Assembly (NCBI GenBank): GCA_965203515.1
Contig: OZ241907.1
Coordinates: 3,008,001-3,072,000 of the forward strand
DNA length: 64,000 bases
Source of the DNA: Spirochaetia bacterium
Lineage (GTDB): Bacteria; Spirochaetota; Spirochaetia; SZUA-6; Bin103
Reading direction: 5' to 3'
The translations under genes and the position numbers were made by a program. The notes under the pieces are model-generated. The model ran no database searches, had not been told where the DNA came from, and saw nothing but the letters and a program-made list of their open reading frames with translations. This document shows positions 19,670-27,556 of the stretch, piece after piece. Position 1 is the stretch's first letter; each line of letters starts with the position of its first letter.

Positions 19670-22600
19670 GATCGTTTTCCACGGCGCCGGCCAGCCGGCG
19701 GGCGGCGGCCGCGTCCGCGCGCCAGTGATCGATGGCGAGCGCTGCCAGCCAGCGCAGGAGGGCGGCCAGCGCCGCGCGCTGCGGCCAGTAGTCGGCGAGC
19801 TCCGTATGCAGCCAGGTCAGGCTGTCGGTCACCTCGCCGGTCGCCGCGGCGCGCCACACGGCGTAGAGGGCGTGCCGCAGCAGGCCGGCGCCGGCCAGGT
19901 CGGCGCGCTGCAGCTCGGAGGCGGTCTTGAGCCGGGTCCGGTTGGCGGCGCCGGCGTGCAGCAGGCGGACGTAGTCGGTCACGCCCAGGCCGCGCGCGAA
20001 CTCCTGATAGACGCCGGCGCGGAAGTCGCCGTGCGCTTCGACCTCCAGCCCCTTGAGGTAGAACTTCTCCTCCGGCGCCAGGCCGCGCCACACGTGCGCC
20101 GGCAGGCCGGCGGGCACCAGGAAGTTGCTGGCCGTGCGCACCGCGTCTTCGATGATCCCGGCGAGCGGGTTGGCCTCGCCGCGGCGGCGCTCGCGCGCCA
20201 GCTCGTAGGCGGCGTCCACCTCTTCGATGGCGCGGTAGCCGGTCAACACGCGCAACGCCGCAGCATAGGCGGCGAGCTGGTAGTCGGCATCGGAGAAGTT
20301 GGGCGCGTCGCGGTCGTCCAGATCGTGCATCGAGGCGAGCTGGCGCTCGACTTCGACTTCCACTTCCGGCACCACTTCGTGCAGGAACGCGGTGTCGCCC
20401 CCGGTCTGCTTGCGCAGCACCATGAGCACGGTCCCCTGCACGTAGTTGCCTTCCTTCACGCCGAACGGAGTCTCCGTACCGATGGTCCAGGCGGCGGTTA
20501 CCCGCAACCCGGCAGCCCACAGTATCAACGTCAAATCCGCCCAGATTGCGGCGTCCTGATGCGTAAACATGACGATCTGCAGTCCGTCATCCGGCATCCG
20601 CGCAGCGAGGTTGCGATAGCTGTCCACCATGGCGCTGCGGAACGCTCCTCCGGTGCCCTGTACGGCGAGCGCGCGCTTGCTGTCGGCGTACCAGTCCGGG
20701 AACAGCCGCGGAAGTGTCTTCCCGTACCAGGCGAGAAAGAACTCGGACAACTCATGATAGTTGATCGCGTCGGCATAGGGCGGGTCCGTGATCCAGATAT
20801 CCGCGGCGCGGTCGACGGCGCGCACGTCTGTCGCGGAAACGGCAGCCGTTCCGTCAAGATGAGTCGTACGGCAATTCAAGAACCACGAGTCTGACAAGGT
20901 AACGTGTCCACGACTGCCGAACGTTGCCAGCGTGTTCAGCGCCTGGTTGCTGAATGTCTGTATGACCTTTTCGTGAGCGCTGTCCGTCCACCACCGCGAC
21001 AGCTTGCTGTTCCAGTCGGCGCAGCGGGCGGCGCCGAGCAGCATGGCGGCGCGTTCGGGCAGCGCGGCGGCGGTCTCGATCTGCTTGAGCAGCAGCCCGT
21101 TGGTGAGCAGTTGCCGGGGCGTGAACAGGTGGTGCCAGTGGGTCCACCCGCGTTCCCGAATCAGGCGGGTGGTCTCGTCTCCCGGCGCAATCGCCCGGTC
21201 GGGCAGGAACCCCCGGCGCTGCCAGTCGGGCAGGTTCTCGCTCACCAGGGCGAGCGCGTGATCCTCCCGCTCCAGGTCGTCATCGCGCACTTCGCGGTAG
21301 ACCGCGGCCGGCACCGCGGCGGTCAGCGCGGCTGCCAGCGCCTCGCGCCGGTTGCGCGCCGCTTCGAGGTCGCGTACGCGGCGCCGCCGCGGTTCCAGAG
21401 AGCCGGCCGCCGCACTGCCGCGCGCGGCCTCAAGCTCGCGCCGCGCGGCGTCGAGCGCGGCATCCTCGGCCGGCCAGTCGCGCCCGCGCAAGCCGGCCAG
21501 CTCGCGCCGGCCGCCGGCATCGAGGAACTCGCTCAGCGCCCCGATCGCGCGGTCCGGCGGCACCCACGCCGGCAGCGGCGCCGGCGCCTCCCCCCGCTCC
21601 TGTTCGGCCCGCAAGAGCGCGTCCAGGCGCGGCAGCCGCCAGCGCACGCAATAGAGCCGCTCCCGGAACACGTCGTCGGGCCGCTGGGTCAGGTCCGCGC
21701 TTTCCCAGCGGCGCAGCCCGTAGCCGCGGCCGTCCGCGCCGCGGCGGTCGCCGCGGATCGCCGCCATGGGGCTGGACGCCCCGCAGCCGAGGTTGGGACA
21801 GACGAGCCGCGACTGCCGCGTGGTGCCGGCGCGCGCGGCGGCCAGGGCGGCGGCGGTCACGCCGGAACGGATGCGGATGGCGAATCGCCGCCGCGCCGGT
21901 TGCGGCTCCAGCTCGGCCACGGTGCGGGTCTTCTGCCCCAGCACCCAGCTCGGCGCCAGCGGCACCATCCAGCCGCACTCCGGGCAGCGGGTCTCCGTGC
22001 AATAGAGAAAGGCATCGGCGCGCCAGCCGGCCGCGTTATGTTCGATGCGCCATTCCGTGAGCTGCCGATCGACCGCGCGAAAGGCGCGTTCCTGCGCGCC
22101 GCGCACGGCCGCGGCCGTTGCCTCGCCGCCGCCGACCAGGTGGAGCGCGCCCCAGGTGAGCAGCGCCGCCACCGGGTTCAGGTCGGAGCCGTAGGCGTCG
22201 CAGCCGATGCGGGCCGCCTCGAACGGCACGCTGCCGCCGCCGCAGAAGGCGTCGCCCACGCGCGGGACGCGGCCGAACCGGCGCCGGCCCAGCTCGCGCA
22301 CCAGCTCGGCAAGGCTGGCGGCGGCGGTGCCGAGGTGGGCGTTGATCGTCTCCCAGGCGGCGGCGCAAGGGCCGTCCACCTGCTCGGGACGAGCGCAGTA
22401 CGCCAGCTTCTCGTCGTAGCTCAGCCGGTCGAAGACCAGCAGTTGCAGCCGCTGCCGTTGGCCGGCGGCGGTTCCCGGCTTGAGCCGGAGCCGCCGCGGC
22501 CCCGCCGCGGCGTCGAACCAAGCGCGGCGCTCACCGGCGTCGAGCCGCCGGTGCACCTCCGGCAACGGGATGGCGCGGTTCTTGCGCCGCCGCAGTCCGG

Positions 22601-22910
22601 CGGCGTCCATGGTGAGCAGCGCCAGAAAGACCTCCCGATCGCGGCGCGGGTCGCCGGACGCCGGCAGCAGCAGGCCCAGCAGCACCGCGCGCACCAGGAT
22701 CAACGGCTTGCGGCCCCACCACTTGCCCAGGCCGGTCAGCGTCTGGCTGTAGTTGGCCTTGCGCTCCTTGTAGCTCTCCTTGGACAGCAGCGAGACCGGG
22801 AACTGGGTCTCGATGAAGCTGGGCCAAGCGGCCGGCGCGGGCGCGGGCGCGCCGGAGCAGGCCGCGCGGTGCGCGGCGCCGTTCGACTGCGGCCGCGGGC
22901 CGGCGCTCAC
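19662..22910 (-). CDS. DUF1156-family adenine DNA methyltransferase (antiphage-associated)
   Basis: QTLTGLGKWWGRKPL, DAFCGGGSVPFEA, SDLNPVA, CPEC Zn motif, ITDPPY.DAINYHELSEFF, MFTHQ. Confidence 0.9.
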   Translation of the reverse strand: MSAGPRPQSNGAAHRAACSGAPAPAPAAWPSFIETQFPVSLLSKESYKERKANYSQTLTGLGKWWGRKPLILVRAVLLGLLLPASGDPRRDREVFLALLTMDAAGLRRRKNRAIPLPEVHRRLDAGERRAWFDAAAGPRRLRLKPGTAAGQRQRLQLLVFDRLSYDEKLAYCARPEQVDGPCAAAWETINAHLGTAAASLAELVRELGRRRFGRVPRVGDAFCGGGSVPFEAARIGCDAYGSDLNPVAALLTWGALHLVGGGEATAAAVRGAQERAFRAVDRQLTEWRIEHNAAGWRADAFLYCTETRCPECGWMVPLAPSWVLGQKTRTVAELEPQPARRRFAIRIRSGVTAAALAAARAGTTRQSRLVCPNLGCGASSPMAAIRGDRRGADGRGYGLRRWESADLTQRPDDVFRERLYCVRWRLPRLDALLRAEQERGEAPAPLPAWVPPDRAIGALSEFLDAGGRRELAGLRGRDWPAEDAALDAARRELEAARGSAAAGSLEPRRRRVRDLEAARNRREALAAALTAAVPAAVYREVRDDDLEREDHALALVSENLPDWQRRGFLPDRAIAPGDETTRLIRERGWTHWHHLFTPRQLLTNGLLLKQIETAAALPERAAMLLGAARCADWNSKLSRWWTDSAHEKVIQTFSNQALNTLATFGSRGHVTLSDSWFLNCRTTHLDGTAAVSATDVRAVDRAADIWITDPPYADAINYHELSEFFLAWYGKTLPRLFPDWYADSKRALAVQGTGGAFRSAMVDSYRNLAARMPDDGLQIVMFTHQDAAIWADLTLILWAAGLRVTAAWTIGTETPFGVKEGNYVQGTVLMVLRKQTGGDTAFLHEVVPEVEVEVERQLASMHDLDDRDAPNFSDADYQLAAYAAALRVLTGYRAIEEVDAAYELARERRRGEANPLAGIIEDAVRTASNFLVPAGLPAHVWRGLAPEEKFYLKGLEVEAHGDFRAGVYQEFARGLGVTDYVRLLHAGAANRTRLKTASELQRADLAGAGLLRHALYAVWRAAATGEVTDSLTWLHTELADYWPQRAALAALLRWLAALAIDHWRADAAAARRLAGAVENDHV

Positions 22911-23563
22911 GGCGCCGCGGCGGATGCCGTTCGCCTGCGGCCGTTGGCGCGGCCGTCGTGGTGGTCATGGTCGTCATGGTCGGCGGCCACCAACCGGAAC
23001 AGGTCCGCCTCGCGCTCGCGGCCGCCGGCGGCGACCGGGTTCTCGGTCAGGGCGTAGCGCACCGCCTTGCGCCAGCCCCGGTTGCGGCCGTGGAGCGCGT
23101 GCCCGGTGGCCGCGTTGGTCATGGTGTACAACCACCAGCGCTCTTCCGGCGCCAGGCCGGACCAGTTGCGGATGGCGGTGGGGATCAGGGCCGGGTCGGC
23201 GTCCTCCACTGCCCAGGCCAGCAGCGTCAACTCCTTGCCGAGCAGCCGCATGACCGGATTGTCGCCCCGCTTCCAGCGCCCGGCCGGCAGGCCGTGCTTC
23301 TTCAGCCGGCGGTTGAACTCGACGCGCGCCGCGTCCGCGATCGCGTCCCACTTGCTGCGCGCCAGCGCGACGCGGAGCTTGCCGTCCTGCAGGCCCACGC
23401 CGAGCGACGCCGGCGCGTAGCCGCCGTTCGCCGCGAAGCTCAGGTGCTCGGCGATCAGCACCTCCTCGCGCCGGCGGGCCGGCACCGTCACCAGGAAGTG
23501 ATGTTCCGACGCTTCGGGCCGGAAGCCGAATCCCCGCGCCGCGCCGCGCGGTGGTGCGCTCAT
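22907..23563 (-). CDS. DUF3780-family protein (antiphage-associated)
   Basis: ATG 23563 in ATGA overlap; GFGF, EFNRRLK, LLGKELTLLAWAVE, NWSGLAPEERWWLYTMT, GWRKAVRYAL; canonical position between DUF499 and DUF1156. Confidence 0.85.
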   Translation of the reverse strand: MSAPPRGAARGFGFRPEASEHHFLVTVPARRREEVLIAEHLSFAANGGYAPASLGVGLQDGKLRVALARSKWDAIADAARVEFNRRLKKHGLPAGRWKRGDNPVMRLLGKELTLLAWAVEDADPALIPTAIRNWSGLAPEERWWLYTMTNAATGHALHGRNRGWRKAVRYALTENPVAAGGREREADLFRLVAADHDDHDHHDGRANGRRRTASAAAP

Positions 23564-26500
23564 GGGGTCACCTCCTCCCGGTCGTAGCGCTCCCTGGCGT
23601 CTTCGACGTAGTCCAGGAAGCGCTGGCCGGTTTCGAAGCGCAGGCGCTTGGCGTCGACCGCCACCTCGCCGGCGGCGACCAGCGGGCGCAACGCTTCGAT
23701 GACGCGCTCCAGCTCGTCGCCGGTGAGCTCGATGTCGTCGGAGAGACTCAGCTCGCTCCAGGTCTGCGCCGCCCCGGTCCGGGCGCCGCCGGTCTGGATG
23801 GAGACGCGCAAGCCGCCGGCGCGCGCGGCGTGGCGCCGCAGGCGGGCGATGAAGTCGTAGGTCGCGCGGGTGGCGGCGCACTCCAGGCGCGCCGCCGGCG
23901 TCCACGTCGCCGGGGCGGCCCGTTCGATCGGTCTGCTGACCGGCGCTTCGGCGACGTCGCGCCGGTGCAGGTCGGAGACGATGCCGTGCCTGGCGGCCAC
24001 GGCCAGCACCAGCCGGCTGCCGGCGGGCACCGCGAACGGCTCATCGTAGACACCGCCGGCGACGTTGGGATCGGACCCGTCGGTGGTGTAGCGGATCGGC
24101 GCCGGCGGGGCGGCGCGCAGCTCGACCATCCTGCCGCCGCCGGCGTCGTATTGGCGGGACTGCAGCGTGATGCGGTTGATCCACTCCACCGCCTCGCCGG
24201 TTTCGTGCTGCCCGGTCGAGTCGACCGCCAGCAGGGAGACGCGCAGGTCGGCCGTCTCGAAATCCTGCTGCGGGTCGAGCCGGCGGGACGCCGGGGTAGC
24301 GGCGGCGCCGACTTCGGCGTACAGCTCGTCACCGTTGACCGGGCGCAGGCGCAGCTTGGCCACGCCGGTATCGTCGTCGCGGTCCAGTTCCTGCACCCGC
24401 ACCGTGGTCGCCGGCTTGGGGAAGGGGCCTTTGTTGACGTAGCTCCCCTCCTCGCGCCACAGGTCCTTGTGCAGGCAGTCCGCCTTCAGCCGGTCCAGCG
24501 CGTCGGGCCGGTGCCACTGCCACCCCGGCGCCGTCGCGGCGCGCCGCCTGATCTCCGCCCACGGCAGCGACTGCTGCGTGAACAGGAGCGCCTCCACCTT
24601 CCGGCGGAAGGTGTCGCCGGCGACGTCGGTGGTGTACTTGTGCCTGCCGGCCAGCGCCTCCCGCACCTGTTCCTCGCCGTCGTAGCGGTTGCCGCGGAAC
24701 TCCATCATGAAGTCGACCCGGGCCAGCCGGTCGCGCGTCGGGTAGTAGAGCGTGGTGAACGTCTCCCGGATGGCGCTGTGGAACCGCGCCAGAAACCGCG
24801 GCAGGAGCTGATCCCGCGCCTGTTGCATCTGCGTATCGCCGTCGGCCACTCCCTCTTCGTGCATCTCCTCGATGATCTGGTTGACGGCCTTGAGTTCGCG
24901 CGCGCTTTCGAGCAGCGCGTCGAACGCCCGCTCGCCGGTCAGGAAGCAGAGCCGGTTGCGGAAGGTGTGCTGGTCGTAGAGGGTGCGCAGGTCGGGATGC
25001 AGGCCCGCCGGGTGCGGCTCGGCCACGACCAGCGTGACCTGCTCGGCGCCGGCGTCGATCTGGTCGACGGCGGGCAGCGGCATGAGGCGCTGATAGCAGG
25101 CGCCGTCGTCGGGACGAAATATCTCCGTGAGCCGCGCCTCCACCTCGCGGGTGGCCTGGTCGCGCAGGTAGGCGCGGGCGGTGGTGCTGACGCGGGCGTT
25201 CAGGTTCTGGACGTTGCGCAGGTGCAGGCGGCCGTCGTTGGTGCCGTGCAGATACCAGGCGGCGGTGGTCAGGCGCGCGATCACCTCGTTCTTGAGGCGC
25301 GATACGTCGCGTCCGGGCGCGCACAGGTAGGCGACGATCTCGGGCACGGCAAGGCCCTTGACCGCGTTCGGCACGTTGGCGAGCGAGGCGATCAGCAGCA
25401 GCCGCATCACGTCCTGGGCGTCCCGGCCGCCGCCCAGGTTGGCGTCCAGCCGCTCCGCCACCGAGGCGCCGCCGGAGGCGATGTCGTGCGCGATGGCGTT
25501 GCCGAGGGTGTTGTTGATCTGATTGATCTCGGTGAGCGTCTCGCGGCTGCTCAGGTCGAGGTGATGGGCGGCGATCAGGCGGGGGGCGCGATCAGCCGGG
25601 GCGCGGTCATCCGCCCAGATGCGCGCCACGACGATGCGCATCAGGCGGATCAGGCCGCGGGTCTGCTGGAAGCCCTGGTTCTCCCGGAAGCGGGCGTAGA
25701 GGTCGCGGATCGCCGGATGGAACGGGTAGGACTCCTTGACCCCGGCGGCGAACTGCTCGGGCGAGGCGTTGGTGACGTCCATCTGCTTCGCCTCCCGCAC
25801 CGCCGCGCCGTAGGCCTGCGCCACGGCGGCGATCGCGGCGTCGTCCGGCAGCCGCTCGAACAGGCGGCGGCGCAGGATGTGGTAGAACTCGTCGCTGTTC
25901 ATCCGCACCGGCTCCAGGTTCATCGCGCTACGCCCGGTCTCCGCCTCCAGATCGTTGAGCGCGGTGACGATCTGCGCGCCGCCGGCGCCGTAGGTCGCGG
26001 TGAGGTCGGAGATCACCACGCAGACGTTGCGCAACTCGTCGCGGCCCACGGCGACCAGCAGGTTGGAGAGCGCCGTGGTGGTGACCGCGGACAGATCGGA
26101 GTTGCCGATGCTCCTGGCCGCCGCGTTGACGAAGTAGGGCGGCAGCTCGTCGAGCATGATGAGCAGGGGAGCGCCCTGCAGCAGGTTGACCCAGGCGCTC
26201 TGACCGGGAGCGGACAGGGGCGCGTAGTAGTCGTTGAACCGCTCCCGTTGGCCGAGCTGCTCGGCGATGGCGCCCCAGACGCCGAGCGGCGCGTCGCTCT
26301 CGCGGCCCGAGAAGGCGACCACGCGCACCGGCCCGAGCGCGGCGTCCGGCGGGTAGAAGCCGCCCATCACCTCGGCCCGATACTGCGGATGCCGGGCCAG
26401 CAGTCCGAAGGCCAGCAGGTTGTGCGTCTTGCCGCCGCCCATCGCCTGGGTGAGCTTGAACACCCCCTGGGCCGACTTCCCCTCCAGCCGGCGGAAGCCC

Positions 26501-26697
26501 TCCGTGAGCAGCGTGCGCATGCCCTCGGTGAGGTAGTTCTCGGCAAAGAACTCGCCCGGATCGATGCGCCCGTCGATCAGATCGGTCAGGTCGAGCACCG
26601 TGTCGCGCCGGCTCGGATCGAAGACGCCGGGCCGGGGCATGCACGCCTCCCTGACGGTCTGCGGCCTGACTGCGTCCTGCTTACCCACCGCCGCCAT
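23560..26697 (-). CDS. DUF499-family AAA+ ATPase (antiphage-associated)
   Basis: FFAENYLTEGM, LTQAMGGGKTH, LIMLDELPPY, SYPFHP, FQQTRGLIRL; C-terminal Fn3-like IRYTTDGSDP; start could also be 26706 or 26688. Confidence 0.9.
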   Translation of the reverse strand: MAAVGKQDAVRPQTVREACMPRPGVFDPSRRDTVLDLTDLIDGRIDPGEFFAENYLTEGMRTLLTEGFRRLEGKSAQGVFKLTQAMGGGKTHNLLAFGLLARHPQYRAEVMGGFYPPDAALGPVRVVAFSGRESDAPLGVWGAIAEQLGQRERFNDYYAPLSAPGQSAWVNLLQGAPLLIMLDELPPYFVNAAARSIGNSDLSAVTTTALSNLLVAVGRDELRNVCVVISDLTATYGAGGAQIVTALNDLEAETGRSAMNLEPVRMNSDEFYHILRRRLFERLPDDAAIAAVAQAYGAAVREAKQMDVTNASPEQFAAGVKESYPFHPAIRDLYARFRENQGFQQTRGLIRLMRIVVARIWADDRAPADRAPRLIAAHHLDLSSRETLTEINQINNTLGNAIAHDIASGGASVAERLDANLGGGRDAQDVMRLLLIASLANVPNAVKGLAVPEIVAYLCAPGRDVSRLKNEVIARLTTAAWYLHGTNDGRLHLRNVQNLNARVSTTARAYLRDQATREVEARLTEIFRPDDGACYQRLMPLPAVDQIDAGAEQVTLVVAEPHPAGLHPDLRTLYDQHTFRNRLCFLTGERAFDALLESARELKAVNQIIEEMHEEGVADGDTQMQQARDQLLPRFLARFHSAIRETFTTLYYPTRDRLARVDFMMEFRGNRYDGEEQVREALAGRHKYTTDVAGDTFRRKVEALLFTQQSLPWAEIRRRAATAPGWQWHRPDALDRLKADCLHKDLWREEGSYVNKGPFPKPATTVRVQELDRDDDTGVAKLRLRPVNGDELYAEVGAAATPASRRLDPQQDFETADLRVSLLAVDSTGQHETGEAVEWINRITLQSRQYDAGGGRMVELRAAPPAPIRYTTDGSDPNVAGGVYDEPFAVPAGSRLVLAVAARHGIVSDLHRRDVAEAPVSRPIERAAPATWTPAARLECAATRATYDFIARLRRHAARAGGLRVSIQTGGARTGAAQTWSELSLSDDIELTGDELERVIEALRPLVAAGEVAVDAKRLRFETGQRFLDYVEDARERYDREEVTP

Positions 26698-26797
26698 ATT
26701 GACCACCGCAGCGCGCCCGCCGTCAAGCGACCCGATGGCGCCCCGGTCTCATACGGGCGAGCCGATCTGATATGCTTTCTGGAGGGAGTAACGAGCC

Positions 26798-27028
26798 GTG
26801 AGCCACCAGATTACCGCACGGTTGCCGGACGACCTTGTGGGGGAGTTGGATGCTGCCGCCAGGGAACTCAACCGAAGCCGAACCGATCTTGTTCGGCAGG
26901 CGATAGAGCTATACCTGGAGGACTTTGACGATCTCACGGTAGCCCTGGAGCGGTTGCGCGATCCTGCCGATTCCGTATTGGACTGGAATGACGTCAGGCG
27001 CGACGTACTCGGTCCGGACGTACATTAG
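26798..27028 (+). CDS. Ribbon-helix-helix (CopG/RelB-like) antitoxin-type protein
   Basis: QITARLPDDLVGELD..A....RSRTDLVRQAIELYLED RHH pattern, acidic tail LDWNDVRR; SD GGAGGGAG and TGATATGCT upstream. Confidence 0.75.
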   Translation: MSHQITARLPDDLVGELDAAARELNRSRTDLVRQAIELYLEDFDDLTVALERLRDPADSVLDWNDVRRDVLGPDVH

Positions 27029-27033
27029 TGTCT

Positions 27034-27336
27034 ATGAAGTCGATACGGGTCATGTTCGACGAGGCGCTGCTGGCGCGGCTCGACGCGTCGGAGGAGGTGC
27101 GCCGAGAGGGGCGGTCGGCAGTGCTGCGGCGGGCTGCGGCGGAGTTTCTGCAACGCCGGCAGCGGGAGATGATCGACGAGCAGTACCGCAAGGCATATGC
27201 GGCCGCGCCCGACGGCGGCGAGGAACTGGCCGGCTGGGGCGAAGAAGGCTCCTGCTTTGCTCCCGCGCGCTACCGGCTGCGACTGAGATCGGACTCGGAG
27301 TGGTTGGCGTTGGACGCTCGCAGGCGCGTGTGGTAG
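27034..27336 (+). CDS. Second RHH antitoxin-type protein (MazE/CopG-like), C-terminus possibly altered
   Basis: MKSIRVMFDEALLARLD...GRSAVLRRAAAEFL...IDEQYRKAY. Confidence 0.7.
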   Translation: MKSIRVMFDEALLARLDASEEVRREGRSAVLRRAAAEFLQRRQREMIDEQYRKAYAAAPDGGEELAGWGEEGSCFAPARYRLRLRSDSEWLALDARRRVW

Positions 27337-27339
27337 AAT
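27310..27339 (+). promoter_or_regulatory. Putative sigma70 promoter for the repeat lipoprotein
   Basis: TTGGAC (27310-27315), 18-nt spacer, TG-G-TAGAAT extended -10 (hexamer 27334-27339). Confidence 0.5.
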
Positions 27340-27366
27340 GTTGGCGTGTCCGCAGCCGCTACGATG

Positions 27367-27382
27367 CCCCCCCCCCCCCCCC
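27367..27382. repeat. C16 homopolymer
   Basis: 16 consecutive C between the putative promoter and the lipoprotein RBS. Confidence 0.9.
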
Positions 27383-27556
27383 GCAGACGCGGCATCCCAT
27401 TCTCCATTCTGAGCGACGAGTGCGACCGGCCGGCTCCGACAGGGGTTGGGCGAATGGTCCTCTTCGGGAGCGCGCACCATAGCGCACGGACAATCGTTGC
27501 GGCAACCGACCCAGCCGACGCGCGTAATGGCGGACTGACACGGCCGCCGGAGGAAG

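Noticed and set aside
13353..26697. BREX, DISARM or type I/III R-M assignment
   Set aside because: No PglZ, BrxL, DUF1998 helicase, HsdS or HsdR motifs; the gene set fits the DUF499/DUF3780/DUF1156/PLD-helicase type
16715..26928. 1071-aa, 717-aa and 1125-aa plus-strand ORFs
   Set aside because: Mirror frames of the methylases and DUF499 gene with no recognisable domains
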